Assembly (NCBI RefSeq): GCF_000010065.1
Contig: NC_006576.1
Coordinates: 1,080,001 to 1,112,000 of the forward strand
Direction: 5' to 3'
DNA length: 32,000 bases
Source: Synechococcus elongatus PCC 6301
GTDB taxonomy: Bacteria > Cyanobacteriota > Cyanobacteriia > Synechococcales > Synechococcaceae
Within the stretch, counting starts at the first letter, position 1. The number at the start of each line of letters is the position of its first letter. Shown here one piece after another: positions 17,372 to 27,468 of this stretch. The translations under genes were made by a program, and so were the position numbers. The notes below the pieces were generated by a model. It was given only the letters and a program-made list of their open reading frames with translations, did no database searches and was not told the DNA's origin.

Positions 17372-19378
17372 CTAGCCGATCACTGCTTTCGCTTTGGCGA
17401 CGACGTTGTCGACGGTGAAGCCAAATTTCTCGAACATGACGTTGCCCGGAGCCGAAGCGCCAAAGGTATCAGTCGAGATCGTGGCGCCAGCATCACCGAC
17501 GTACCGATGCCAGCCGAAGGAGGAACCCGCTTCCACGGCCAGACGAGCCGTGACGGCTTTCGGCAGTACCGATTCTTTGTACTCAGCCGACTGCTCGTCG
17601 AACAGTTCCCAGCAAGGCATCGAGACGATGCGGACTTTCTTCCCTTCTGCCCGCAGTTGTTTCGCAGCTTCAACACAGAGCGAGACTTCGCTACCGGTCG
17701 CCAGCAGAATCAGATCCGGCGTGCCTTCATCATCCGAAAGGACGTAAGCGCCTTTGGCAACGATGTCGATGCTGGAACCTTCCAAGTTGGGCAGGTTTTG
17801 ACGCGACATGGCCAAGACCGACGGACGCTTACGGTTTTCCACCGCCACTTTGTAGGCTCCGCTAGCTTCGTTGCCGTCGGCTGGACGGAAGACCAGCATG
17901 TTGGGGATGATCCGCAGCGAAGCGATTGTCTCCACCGGTTGGTGGGTCGGGCCGTCTTCGCCCAAGCCGATCGAGTCGTGGGTGAGGACGTAGATGACCC
18001 CGACTTCCGACAGCGCCGACAGACGCATTGCGCCGCGCATGTAGTCTGCAAAGACCAGGAAGGTCGCAGCGTAGGGAATCAAGCCACTGTTGTGCAGAGC
18101 AATCCCGTTGGCGATCGCCGCCATCGCATGCTCACGCACCCCAAAGTGGACGTTGCGATTTTCGTAAGCGCCTTTTTGGAAGTCGCCCGAGACGTGCAAC
18201 TCCGTCAGGTTGGAGTGGGTCAAGTCTGCCGAACCACCGATCAGTTCCGGCAGCACCGGAGCCAAGGCGTTCAGACAGATTTCCGAGTGCTTACGGGTCG
18301 CCACAGCTTTATCTGCCGGGGTGTAGCTCGGCAGTGCATCGGCCCAGCCAGTCGGCAGTTGGCCACTCAGCATCCGCTCAAATTCAGCCGCTTCAGCCGG
18401 GTAGTTGGCTTTGTACTGAGCCAGGGTTTCATTCCAGCTTGATTCCAGGGCTGCACCACGCTCGATCGCTTTGCGCCAGTGCGCCAGCGCATCTTCGGGC
18501 ACCACAAAGGGTTCGTAGTCCCAGCCGAGGTTTTCGCGGGTCAGCTTGATTTCCGCATCACCCAAGGCTGCGCCGTGAACACCTGCCGTGTTGGCTTTGT
18601 TGGGCGAGCCGTAGCCGATCGTTGTGGTGACTTTGATCAGGGTCGGCTTGTCGGTGACAGCCTTGGCATCTGCGATCGCTTTTTCGATCGCAGCCAAATC
18701 GGTGTTGCCGTTTTCAACGTGCAGCACATGCCAGCCGTAAGCTTCAAAGCGCTTGCTGACGTCTTCGGTGAAGGCAACGTCAGTCGAGCCGTCGATCGAG
18801 ATGTGGTTGTCGTCGTAGAGGGCGATCAGCTTGCCCAAGCCCCAGTGACCAGCCAGCGAAGCAGCTTCACCGGAAATACCCTCCATGTTGCAGCCGTCGC
18901 CCAGGATCACATAGGTGTAGTGATCCACTAGCTTGGCATCGGGTTTGTTGAAGCGAGCCGCAAGATGGGCTTCAGCTAGCGCCAGACCAACCGCGTTGGC
19001 AATGCCTTGACCCAAGGGACCAGTGGTCACTTCCACGCCCGGGGTTTCAAAGTTCTCGGGGTGACCCGGAGTCGGCGAACCCCACTGGCGGAAGTTCTTG
19101 ATGTCTTCAATGCTGACGCTGTCGTAGCCGCTCAGGTGCAGCAGCGCGTACTGCAGCATGCAACCGTGGCCCGCCGAGAGGACGAAGCGATCGCGGTTGA
19201 ACCAAGCAGGGTTTTTGGGATTGAAGCGCAGGAAGCGGTCCCAAAGGACGTAGGCCATCGGCGCTGCCCCCATGGGCAGACCAGGGTGACCCGACTTTGC
19301 TTTTTCGACCGCATCAATGGCAAGAAAACGGATCGAATTAATACAAAGTTCGTCGAGGGATTGAGCCGCAACAACCAT
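17372..19378 (-). CDS. tktA: Transketolase
   Basis: 668 aa. It has the ThDP motifs (GHPG..., GDGCNMEGI), the transketolase signature and full-length collinearity. Confidence 0.97.
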   Translation of the reverse strand: MVVAAQSLDELCINSIRFLAIDAVEKAKSGHPGLPMGAAPMAYVLWDRFLRFNPKNPAWFNRDRFVLSAGHGCMLQYALLHLSGYDSVSIEDIKNFRQWGSPTPGHPENFETPGVEVTTGPLGQGIANAVGLALAEAHLAARFNKPDAKLVDHYTYVILGDGCNMEGISGEAASLAGHWGLGKLIALYDDNHISIDGSTDVAFTEDVSKRFEAYGWHVLHVENGNTDLAAIEKAIADAKAVTDKPTLIKVTTTIGYGSPNKANTAGVHGAALGDAEIKLTRENLGWDYEPFVVPEDALAHWRKAIERGAALESSWNETLAQYKANYPAEAAEFERMLSGQLPTGWADALPSYTPADKAVATRKHSEICLNALAPVLPELIGGSADLTHSNLTELHVSGDFQKGAYENRNVHFGVREHAMAAIANGIALHNSGLIPYAATFLVFADYMRGAMRLSALSEVGVIYVLTHDSIGLGEDGPTHQPVETIASLRIIPNMLVFRPADGNEASGAYKVAVENRKRPSVLAMSRQNLPNLEGSSIDIVAKGAYVLSDDEGTPDLILLATGSEVSLCVEAAKQLRAEGKKVRIVSMPCWELFDEQSAEYKESVLPKAVTARLAVEAGSSFGWHRYVGDAGATISTDTFGASAPGNVMFEKFGFTVDNVVAKAKAVIG

Positions 19379-19524
19379 AATCTCTACCTAACTGACAAAA
19401 TTGACTCGGGCTTACAGCCCCCACAGGGTCAACCCAAGCGGGTGAGGCAGCAGACTTCGCCACTGACCCATCATTTCATCCTCCGGTGATCCCCATCAAG
19501 ATGCGAAGGATACCTGCAGGAAAT

Positions 19525-20778
19525 CTAGGGATGGAATTTCCGGAAGGCCAGCGTGACGTTGTGCCCACCAAAGCCGAAGGAATTGGACAAAGCCACTTCC
19601 ACCGGTAGCGATCGCGCCTGATTGGGGACATAGTCCAAGTCGCAATCGGGATCGGGATCTTCCAGGTTAATCGTCGGCGGCACCATGTCCTCAGCGATCG
19701 CGAGGGTTGCCGCTACCGCCTCAATTCCGCCGGAGCCCCCTAACAGGTGACCGGTCATCGACTTAGTCGAGCTGATCACGGTTTTGTAGGCGTGCTCACC
19801 TAGGGCTTTCTTAATAGCTGCCGTTTCGGTGCTGTCGTTGGCCGGTGTGCTGGTGCCGTGAGCATTGATGTAGCTGACTTGGCTGGGCTGCAGATTGGCA
19901 TCGCGGAGCGCCAACTCGATCGCCCGGGCCGCACCCAAACCACCTGGGACCGGCGAGGTGATGTGATAGGCATCACAGGTCATGCCATAGCCGACGATTT
20001 CGCCATAGATGTGAGCGCCCCTCGCTTGGGCATGCTCCAAGGATTCCAAGACCAAAATCCCTGCGCCTTCGCCCATCACAAAACCATCACGGCCTTGGTC
20101 AAAGGGACGGCAAGCATGGGCCGGGTCATCGTTGCGCAGCGACAGTGCCTTACAGGCCGCAAAACCGGCCATAGCCAGTGGGGTCACACAGGATTCAGTT
20201 CCGCCACAGATCATGGCTTGGGCATAGCCGTGCTGAATCAGCCGGAAGGCTTCACCCACCGCATTAGAACCCGCAGCGCAAGCAGTCACCGTGACATTGC
20301 AAGGGCCTTTGGCACCCAACTGGATGGCCGTCAGTCCTGCCGCCATGTTGGCGATCATCATCGGCACCATGAAGGGGCTGCAGCGATCGGGGCCTTTTTC
20401 CAGCAAAACCGTCTGCTGGTCCTCCATCACCCTCAAACCACCAATGCCTGAGCCGATCAGCACCCCGATCGCATCCGCATTCAGTTCAGTGATGTCCAGC
20501 TTGGCATCGGCGACTGCTTGGCGACTGGCAGCAACCGCCAGTTGTGCAAACCGATCCATCCGCTTAGCATCCTTGCGGTCCATGTACTGGGTGGGGTCAA
20601 AGTCCTTGACCTCCCCGGCAATTTTGCAGGCGTGACGAGACGCATCAAAGCCCCGAATCAGATCGATGCCGTTGCGACCGGCAAGGAGTCCCTGCCAATA
20701 TTCCGTTGGATCATTACCGATGGGAGTAATGGCTCCCAAACCAGTAATAACAACACGCTGGCGTCCGGTTTCAGTCAT
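19525..20778 (-). CDS. fabF: 3-oxoacyl-ACP synthase II
   Basis: The 417-aa form starts at MTETGRQRVVITGLG. It has the active-site ACAAGS Cys, the two His (HGTSTP, GHLLG) and the C-terminal NSFGFGGHN. Confidence 0.95.
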   Translation of the reverse strand: MTETGRQRVVITGLGAITPIGNDPTEYWQGLLAGRNGIDLIRGFDASRHACKIAGEVKDFDPTQYMDRKDAKRMDRFAQLAVAASRQAVADAKLDITELNADAIGVLIGSGIGGLRVMEDQQTVLLEKGPDRCSPFMVPMMIANMAAGLTAIQLGAKGPCNVTVTACAAGSNAVGEAFRLIQHGYAQAMICGGTESCVTPLAMAGFAACKALSLRNDDPAHACRPFDQGRDGFVMGEGAGILVLESLEHAQARGAHIYGEIVGYGMTCDAYHITSPVPGGLGAARAIELALRDANLQPSQVSYINAHGTSTPANDSTETAAIKKALGEHAYKTVISSTKSMTGHLLGGSGGIEAVAATLAIAEDMVPPTINLEDPDPDCDLDYVPNQARSLPVEVALSNSFGFGGHNVTLAFRKFHP

Positions 20779-20845
20779 GGATGCGTCTCTGCACAAACGA
20801 TGGTCAGCAACAGCAGGCTCTATTGAGCCCCAGTGACTTCATCCC

Positions 20846-21088
20846 CTAGGCAGCTTTGCTAGCGATGAAATCGACGGCGTCTTGAACGGTCGCAATGCCT
20901 TCAGCGGCTTCATCGGGGATTTCGATATCGAAAGCCTCTTCCAGAGCCATCACCAGTTCCACGGTGTCCAGCGAGTCCGCTCCCAGATCGTTTTGGAAGC
21001 TGGATTCTGGCTTGACTTCAGCCACATCCACACTCAGCTGCTCAGCCACAATGTCTTTGACTTTGCTGAAGATGTCTTCTTGGCTCAT
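20846..21088 (-). CDS. acpP: Acyl carrier protein
   Basis: The 80-aa form starts at MSQEDIF. The phosphopantetheine site is [12 protein letters not shown]. It lies directly upstream of fabF. Confidence 0.95.
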   Translation of the reverse strand: MSQEDIFSKVKDIVAEQLSVDVAEVKPESSFQNDLGADSLDTVELVMALEEAFDIEIPDEAAEGIATVQDAVDFIASKAA

Positions 21089-21522
21089 GGATTGCTCTCT
21101 ACCTAGAAATTGCGGGAAACAACGTGACAATGAAGGGGTCGCCAGAAGCTAAGCCCAATCAGCATTTTGCCGACTGCCTAGGCCGATTGAATCGTTCGAT
21201 CAGCAAGCGGATCAAAGCGGCGCTCGGATTTAGGCATCCCTACATCTTAAAGGCAAGGGGAGCGCTCGCTAAATAGCCCAGGCGACCCTGCTGCTGAGAA
21301 CAGGCTGTCCCGTGCCACCCTCACTGCTACCGAATCGCTGGGCGATCGCAGGTCAATCCCTTGCCCTGCTTGGCAATTTGTTAATTTTTTGCAGCCGCGC
21401 GAAAACTCGTCGAAAGCCCCAAGGTATGCTGAGGCCGGAAATTGCCTGAATGCCTGTTACATCAGGCTGTTTGGCTTGCGCAGTGGTTCGGCCGTTTGCT
21501 GCCGACGTTGCCCAGAGTCTAG

Positions 21523-21792
<270 letters not shown>

Positions 21793-21829
21793 AGCCACAC
21801 CAACCGTCAGGATCCAGGCTTGTGGTTCA

Positions 21830-21851
21830 GGGGGCGATCGCCCCCTTTTTT
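21830..21851 (+). terminator. Rho-independent terminator of psaC (HIP1-centred stem)
   Basis: gggggcgatcgccccc followed by tttttt, 38 nt after the psaC stop. Confidence 0.75.
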
Positions 21852-21938
21852 CTGGCTCTTTTCTGGCGCGATCGCCCTTGAAGGGGACAGGCTTTCCGCT
21901 ACGATGGCTGCCATTGATCCCTGTTGCAGGTGCAGTCC

Positions 21939-23864
21939 ATGTGCGGCATCGTTGGCTATATCGGCACTCAGCCTGCCAGTCACATCCTCTTGGAGGGTTT
22001 GCGGCAGCTGGAGTATCGCGGCTACGATTCAGCCGGTATTGCGACCCTATGGGATCATCAGCTCCAAATTGTGCGGGCGGAAGGTAAGCTCCATAATTTG
22101 CAAGCTGCACTGCAAAACCATGACAGCCCCGCCCACCTTGGCATTGGCCATACTCGTTGGGCAACTCACGGTAAACCGGAAGTTCGGAACGCCCACCCGC
22201 ACAAAGACATGAGCGGCTTGGTGGCAGTTGTCCAGAACGGCATTGTTGAAAACTACCGTGAACTGCGCGAAGCGCTGCAAGCCGAAGGCATTGAGTTTGT
22301 CTCGGATACCGATACGGAAGTCATCCCCAACTTGGTTGCGCGCCACTTCCGGCAATTGGCAGCAGCAGGCAGTGCACCAGATTCAAGACTTTTAGAAGCA
22401 GTTCGTCTGGCCGTGCAGGAGCTGGAGGGGGCCTACGCGATCGCGGTGCTCTGTGTGGATGCCCCAGACGAGATTGTGGTTGCGCGCCAGCAAGCACCGC
22501 TGGTGATTGGCTTTGGCCAAGGGGAATTTTTCTGCGCCTCGGATACACCTGCGATCATCAATCACACCCGAGCGGTGGTGACGCTTGAGAACGGTGAGAT
22601 GGCACGACTGACCCCGCTTGGGGTTGAGATCTTCAACTTCCAGGGCGATCGCCTGCGCAAGCAACCGCGACTACTGAGTGGCACCTCCTTACTGGCGGAA
22701 AAACAAGGCTTCCGCCACTACATGCTCAAGGAGATTTACGACCAGCCCGGCGTGGTGCGTAGCTGGTTGAGCACCCACCTCAATGACAATTGGCGCGCGG
22801 ATGCCGCCGATGAACCGGCTCAGGTGGCTCCCTATCCCCACGCGCAAACGCCCGTCATTTTGAACCTGCCCGATGAATTACTGAACGATCTTGAACAGGT
22901 TCAGATTCTGGCCTGTGGGACCAGTTGGCACGCTAGCCTCGTCGGACGTTACTTGCTCGAGACTTTGGCGGGGGTTCCGACACAGGTTTATTACGCCTCG
23001 GAATTTCGCTATGCACCGTCGCCCTTGGTGCGCAACACCCTGACGATTGGGGTGACGCAATCGGGTGAGACGGCAGACACCCTCGCGGCTTTGGAGAAAG
23101 AAGGCGAACGGCGATCGGGTTTGGGGCCAGAGTTTGCACCGCGCCTGTTGGGTATTACCAACCGCTCGGAAAGTACGCTAGCCCACGTGGTGCCGCACAT
23201 TCTCGATATCCAAGCAGGAATTGAGGTGGGCGTTGCAGCTACGAAGACCTTTTTAGGACAGGTGCTTGCTTTCTATGGTTTGGCGATCGATTTGGCCTAT
23301 CGACGCAGCAGTCAGTCCCACGAAAAACTTGAGGCCTTGATCGCTGGGCTAAAGCGGATTCCAGATCAGATTGAGCAACTGTTGCGGGAACAGGATGGAG
23401 CAATCGAATCGCTGGCGCATCAATTCACGGAGACTCAGGATTTCATCTTCATGGGTCGGGGGATTAACTTCCCAATCGCCCTTGAAGGGGCACTGAAGCT
23501 GAAGGAAATTAGCTACATCCACGCAGAGGGCTATCCGGCGGGTGAGATGAAACATGGGCCGATCGCGTTGTTGGATTCTAAAGTGCCGGTCGTGGCGATC
23601 GCAGTGCCGGGTTCGGTGTATGACAAGGTACTTTCGAATGCGCAAGAAGCCAAAGCACGGGATGCGCGGATGATTGGCGTGATTCCTGATGGCCCAGATG
23701 CCAATATGTTTGACCATTACCTCTGGGTGCCGATCGTCGATGAATTACTCTCACCTTTACTGACGGTTGTGCCGCTGCAATTACTGAGCTATCACATTGC
23801 TGCTCTGCGCGGTTTGGATGTCGATCAACCCCGAAATCTTGCGAAGTCAGTGACGGTTGAATAG
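21939..23864 (+). CDS. glmS: Glutamine--fructose-6-phosphate aminotransferase
   Basis: It starts MCGIVGY (N-terminal Cys nucleophile). It has two SIS domains and ends with the canonical ...LAKSVTVE. Confidence 0.95.
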   Translation: MCGIVGYIGTQPASHILLEGLRQLEYRGYDSAGIATLWDHQLQIVRAEGKLHNLQAALQNHDSPAHLGIGHTRWATHGKPEVRNAHPHKDMSGLVAVVQNGIVENYRELREALQAEGIEFVSDTDTEVIPNLVARHFRQLAAAGSAPDSRLLEAVRLAVQELEGAYAIAVLCVDAPDEIVVARQQAPLVIGFGQGEFFCASDTPAIINHTRAVVTLENGEMARLTPLGVEIFNFQGDRLRKQPRLLSGTSLLAEKQGFRHYMLKEIYDQPGVVRSWLSTHLNDNWRADAADEPAQVAPYPHAQTPVILNLPDELLNDLEQVQILACGTSWHASLVGRYLLETLAGVPTQVYYASEFRYAPSPLVRNTLTIGVTQSGETADTLAALEKEGERRSGLGPEFAPRLLGITNRSESTLAHVVPHILDIQAGIEVGVAATKTFLGQVLAFYGLAIDLAYRRSSQSHEKLEALIAGLKRIPDQIEQLLREQDGAIESLAHQFTETQDFIFMGRGINFPIALEGALKLKEISYIHAEGYPAGEMKHGPIALLDSKVPVVAIAVPGSVYDKVLSNAQEAKARDARMIGVIPDGPDANMFDHYLWVPIVDELLSPLLTVVPLQLLSYHIAALRGLDVDQPRNLAKSVTVE

Positions 23865-23879
23865 CGAGGGCAACACTAA

Positions 23880-24116
23880 ATGTCCACCGACTTACTAAAG
23901 CGAATCACATCAGACCCAGATATCTGCCATGGCAAGCCCTGTATCCGTGGCATGCGTTATCCAGTTGAGTTGATTCTTGAGTTATTAGGGTCTGGGATGA
24001 CGACGGAAGAAATCATCACTGACTATGATGATCTGGAGTCTGATGACATTTTGGCAGTTCTTTTGTTCGCAGCTCGCCTTAGTCAGGTCAAGAGTATTTA
24101 CAAAATTGCATCATGA
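23880..24116 (+). CDS. DUF433-domain protein (putative antitoxin-like partner)
   Basis: 78 aa. ITSDPDICHGKPCIRGMRYPVELILELLGSGMTTEEII is the DUF433 signature as I remember it. The gene is AT-rich and overlaps the next ORF by 4 nt. Confidence 0.8.
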   Translation: MSTDLLKRITSDPDICHGKPCIRGMRYPVELILELLGSGMTTEEIITDYDDLESDDILAVLLFAARLSQVKSIYKIAS

Positions 24117-24466
24117 GATTTTTGATTGATGCTCAACTTCCGATTCGACTGGCACGACTGCTTCGCGAATTTGGATATGACACAATTCACACCAGAGAAC
24201 TTCCTGCTCAAAACAAGACTCCAGATTCGACCATAAACCTCATATCTCTTCAAGATAAAAGAATTGTCATTACCAAAGACTCAGATTTCGTAAACTCTTT
24301 CCTTGCCAGTCAAAAGCCTTACAAGCTTCTCTTGATCAGTACAGGCAATATCAAAAATTCAGATTTGGAAGCTCTTTTTGTCGCTAATTTAGGTGCCATG
24401 GTAAAACTTTTAGATCAGCATAGCTATATTGAAGTGAGCAGGGACTCAATCACTGTTCACTGCTAA
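24113..24466 (+). CDS. DUF5615 / Mut7-C-like PIN-fold protein (putative toxin-like partner)
   Basis: 117 aa. MRFLIDAQLP...IVITKDSDF shows the typical N-terminal acidic strand plus a second acidic motif. It is AT-rich and translationally coupled to the DUF433 gene (ATGA). Confidence 0.75.
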   Translation: MRFLIDAQLPIRLARLLREFGYDTIHTRELPAQNKTPDSTINLISLQDKRIVITKDSDFVNSFLASQKPYKLLLISTGNIKNSDLEALFVANLGAMVKLLDQHSYIEVSRDSITVHC

Positions 24467-24538
24467 CTAAAATTATTGTTTTGTTTAGGCTTCCATAGCA
24501 GCCATTATTTTAGTTGAGACAGTCTCAAGAGAGTCAAT

Positions 24539-24556
24539 AAGGGGCTTAAGCCCCTT
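24539..24556. other. Perfect 18-nt palindrome aaggggcttaagcccctt (7-bp stem hairpin) between convergent genes
   Basis: Read directly. It could act as a bidirectional transcription stop, but no U-tract follows on either strand. Confidence 0.35.
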
Positions 24557-24584
24557 GTTCCAGAGGGCTATCATCTTCCCTAAC

Positions 24585-24650
24585 CGTCCTAACTAGGCTA
24601 GAGATTGCTATATCAAATCGTCCTAACTTGATTGCAGCCTGCTATATCAA
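24585..24650. repeat. Two tandem 32-nt units with 34-nt period (cgtcctaact-N12-gctatatcaa)
   Basis: The units are 24585-24616 and 24619-24650. The first 10 and last 10 nt are identical and 5 of the 12 central nt match (25/32). Confidence 0.8.
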
Positions 24651-24703
24651 CATCTAAAAATCAATTAAATCTTGGGAATCAGATCTAATAAATGTAGTGA
24701 AAC

Positions 24704-25567
24704 CTATGGGGTTTGGGCGCGTTGACGAGCTTCAAGGAGAGTTGCTTGGAGCCCAGGCGCTTGGAAGAGGCGATTAGTATCAGCCAAAAGGCAATCGCCC
24801 CAGAGCTGTTCTTTGAGGAAATCGAGGCTGACGTACTGGCTATCTTTGCCGAGAGCTTGCTGAGCGAGTCGAACGGCCTCTTCAGTTTGGCCCTGTTGAT
24901 AGACCAAAACGGCTTTAGCGAGCACAGGCTCTGCTGCATCTTTGCTCAACTCGATCGCCCGATTCCAATAATTTAGCGCTTGATTGCGATCGCCCTGTTC
25001 ATAACTGACTAAGCCGAGGTTATTGATTGCTTCCCAGAAATCAGGCTTCACCTGAACCGCTTTTTGAAAAGCCGCGATTGCAGGCGGATATTGCTTTTGA
25101 ATGAGATACACATTGCCTAAACCAAACAGCGCACCCGACGAATCTGGCTTAATCGCCAGACCTCGCTGCAAAAAGCTCGCAGCCTCGCTGTAATTGCCTT
25201 GTCGGAACCGCGCTGAACCCAACGCAAACAAAATTGCAGGCTCTCGGGGCGACAGTTTTTGCGCTTTTTCTAGGGCAGCGATCGCCGGATCAAGTTGATT
25301 GAGCCGCAAACTCGCATCCGCCAGCACCAACCAAACTCGAAAATCATTAGGGGCTAACTGCGTTGCCAAGGCTGCCTGCCGCTGAGCAAATTCAATTTGC
25401 TGGAATTGCAGCAGCTGCGCCGCTTCCTGTGCCAGCACTAACCCCTGTTCCTCCAGATACTTCGAATCGAGATCCGGTACGTAGGGCGTAAAGGCTTGGG
25501 CGGGTGAGAACGCTGTCCCACTGCAACTGAGAGCGGCAAGCAAGGCAAGGAGAGCAGTTCGCTTCAC
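24704..25567 (-). CDS. Tetratricopeptide-repeat protein with N-terminal signal peptide (possibly a lipoprotein)
   Basis: 287 aa. It starts MKRTALLALLAALSCSG. Several TPR units are present (e.g. GNYSEAASFLQRGLAIKPD, KQYPPAIAAFQKAVQVKPDFWEAINNLG). Confidence 0.85.
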   Translation of the reverse strand: MKRTALLALLAALSCSGTAFSPAQAFTPYVPDLDSKYLEEQGLVLAQEAAQLLQFQQIEFAQRQAALATQLAPNDFRVWLVLADASLRLNQLDPAIAALEKAQKLSPREPAILFALGSARFRQGNYSEAASFLQRGLAIKPDSSGALFGLGNVYLIQKQYPPAIAAFQKAVQVKPDFWEAINNLGLVSYEQGDRNQALNYWNRAIELSKDAAEPVLAKAVLVYQQGQTEEAVRLAQQALGKDSQYVSLDFLKEQLWGDCLLADTNRLFQAPGLQATLLEARQRAQTP

Positions 25568-25591
25568 AGGTCAGCCGGAGAACAATCAGCG

Positions 25592-26545
25592 CTAGCTTAG
25601 CCGATTCCCTTCAGACTGCTGGCGCAGGTTGGCCCGGCTATTGCGCCGCCACATGGCGGGTTTAATGCGACGCAGCGCCGACCCTTGGAACTGCTGATCC
25701 CAGGCTTCCTCCGAGAGAGTCGCCAACTCCGCTAGGGCAGGAGCCAGCAACTCCGATCGCGGCTGGAGATCCGGAAGGGTGGTTATTTGGGCAAAGCGTT
25801 GATTCCAAGGGCAAACCTCTTGGCAGATATCACAGCCCGCCACCCAACCTTGGAGATTCTGGGCGATCGCGGCGGGCAAGTCTGCCGCTCGGTTCTCGAT
25901 CGTGTGATACGCAATGCAGCGATTGGCATCAACCACATAAGGCTCCACGATCGCTTGGGTCGGGCAAGCCTCTAGACATCGGCTGCAACTGCCGCAATGG
26001 GCTGTGTGCGGACGATCAGCGGGCAACGCCAAAGTCGTCACCAGTTCCCCCAGAAAAATCCAGGAACCAAACTCGCGACTGATGACATTGCTATTTTTGG
26101 CGATCCAACCTAGGCCAGCTCGTTGCGCCCAGACTTTATCTGCGATCGGGCCACTATCGACGTACCAGCGACATTCGCAGTCCGGCTGCTGAGTTTGCAG
26201 CCAACGGGCGAGGGCTTTCAGTCGCTTTTCGACCACGCGGTGATAGTCGCGCCCCCAAGCATAGCGAGCAATTTTGCCCACTTCAGGCGACGGGTCAGGA
26301 TGATCGCCGCTGTAGTAGTTCAGCGCGACACAAATCACGGACTGCGCATTGGGCAGCAAATTCCGCACATCCCGCCGGCGATCGCTGGCCATCCAGTCCA
26401 TTTCCGCTTGATAGCCCTGGGCCAACCAGCGATCGAGTGCAGCCAAGGCTTCCGTATCGGGTGGATCGACGCTCGCAATCTCGACTTTGTCAAAGCCGAG
26501 GGCGATCGCTTCGGCCTTAATCTGCTCTGCAAGCGTTGCAACCAT
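25592..26545 (-). CDS. queG: Epoxyqueuosine reductase
   Basis: 317 aa. It has two 4Fe-4S motifs ([12 protein letters not shown] and [11 protein letters not shown]) and the QueG-type N-terminal domain. Confidence 0.9.
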   Translation of the reverse strand: MVATLAEQIKAEAIALGFDKVEIASVDPPDTEALAALDRWLAQGYQAEMDWMASDRRRDVRNLLPNAQSVICVALNYYSGDHPDPSPEVGKIARYAWGRDYHRVVEKRLKALARWLQTQQPDCECRWYVDSGPIADKVWAQRAGLGWIAKNSNVISREFGSWIFLGELVTTLALPADRPHTAHCGSCSRCLEACPTQAIVEPYVVDANRCIAYHTIENRAADLPAAIAQNLQGWVAGCDICQEVCPWNQRFAQITTLPDLQPRSELLAPALAELATLSEEAWDQQFQGSALRRIKPAMWRRNSRANLRQQSEGNRLS

Positions 26546-26548
26546 TGC

Positions 26549-27268
26549 CTACAGCAACACCGCTGCATCGCGATCGAGCAACCAGTAGAGTTGCCCTGTA
26601 ACAGGCTGAATCAGGCGGACGGGCGTTTGTTGACTATCGCCTGTTGCCGCCAAGGCACGTTTTAGTGCTTCTTGTTTGGCTGCTCCACTAACCAAAAACA
26701 CCACCGTTCGCGCTTGGTTAATCAACGGTGCCGTGAACGTGAGGCGTGGTTGTCCGCCGCGATCGCCTACCGTCACAAGACGGCTTTGTTCCTCCAAGGC
26801 AGCGGTTCCCGGAAACAGGGATGCCGTATGGCCATCGTCTCCTAGTCCCAGGAGGACTAAGTCAAACACCGGCCAGGCTGGCTCCTGCACTTGAAAAGCT
26901 CGCCGCAGATCTGTCTCCGCGATCGCGGCATCTTGCCAAGGATCAGCGGACTGAGTGGGCAGCGGGTGAATCTGCTCGGCCGGAATCGGCACCTGATCCA
27001 GCCAAGCTTGGCGCGCCATCCGCTCATTGCTATCAGGATGATCGTTGGGAACGTAGCGTTCATCTCCCCAGAAGATTTGCCAGTTGGCCCAGTCTGCCTC
27101 TGAAGTAGCCAACTGCTCGTACAGCGCCTTGGGCGTACTGCCGCCTGACAAGGCCAAACGAAACGTGCCTCGCTCCGCGATCGCCCGACTGGCAGTTTCT
27201 AACACCAGCGTTTGAGCTGCAGACACGACCGCTGCAAAATCGGCCAAGACAGATTGATGAACAGACAT
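26549..27268 (-). CDS. pgl: 6-phosphogluconolactonase
   Basis: The 239-aa form starts at MSVHQS. Motifs: LALSGGSTPKALY, WGDERYVP, LLGLGDDGHTASLFP. Confidence 0.9.
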   Translation of the reverse strand: MSVHQSVLADFAAVVSAAQTLVLETASRAIAERGTFRLALSGGSTPKALYEQLATSEADWANWQIFWGDERYVPNDHPDSNERMARQAWLDQVPIPAEQIHPLPTQSADPWQDAAIAETDLRRAFQVQEPAWPVFDLVLLGLGDDGHTASLFPGTAALEEQSRLVTVGDRGGQPRLTFTAPLINQARTVVFLVSGAAKQEALKRALAATGDSQQTPVRLIQPVTGQLYWLLDRDAAVLL

Positions 27269-27468
27269 CTCAGGCTCTCTGCACTGGTTCCATTCTGGCT
27301 GATGGTCATTGTGCAGGTTGATGCCGTGCCTACTCACGACCTTTGCCAGCGATCGGATCAGGTTAGGGTGAGAGACGAGAGTGGCGTTACACCGATCGCC
27401 CCGCCTGATGAGACTGCCACCATGACACTGGATATCGTTCTTGGCTCAATCAACCGATTGACTTTACC

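Noticed and set aside
17394-19489. A series of long plus-strand ORFs (17394..17747, 17507..18442 of 311 aa, 18028..18549, 18479..18931, 19007..19489) opposite tktA
   Set aside because: They are antisense shadow ORFs, typical of GC-rich coding DNA. Their translations are Arg/Gly/Val-rich with no motifs, while the minus strand encodes a full-length, unmistakable transketolase.
21445-21473. Hairpin gcctga-N12-tcaggc and a GTTACATC half-site resembling an RpaB HLR1 box upstream of psaC
   Set aside because: The second HLR1 half (expected after 2 nt) reads GCTGTTTG and does not match (G/T)TTACA. A single half-site is not enough to call a regulator site.
21852-21938. Possible glmS ribozyme/riboswitch in the glmS leader
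   Set aside because: The leader is under 90 nt after the psaC terminator and shows none of the conserved glmS ribozyme core. The ribozyme is also characteristic of Gram-positive lineages, not cyanobacteria.
24585-24650. CRISPR-like interpretation of the 32-nt direct repeats
   Set aside because: There are only two units separated by 2 nt, so there are no spacers. There are also no cas genes and no repeat-internal palindrome.
23877-24695. 7-bp direct repeat TAAATGT at 23877-23883 and 24689-24695 flanking the DUF433/DUF5615 module; a search for Tn7-like ends
   Set aside because: An AT-rich 7-mer match in AT-rich DNA is well within chance, and the left copy overlaps the start codon. No TnsB-type repeated end motifs or transposase genes are present.
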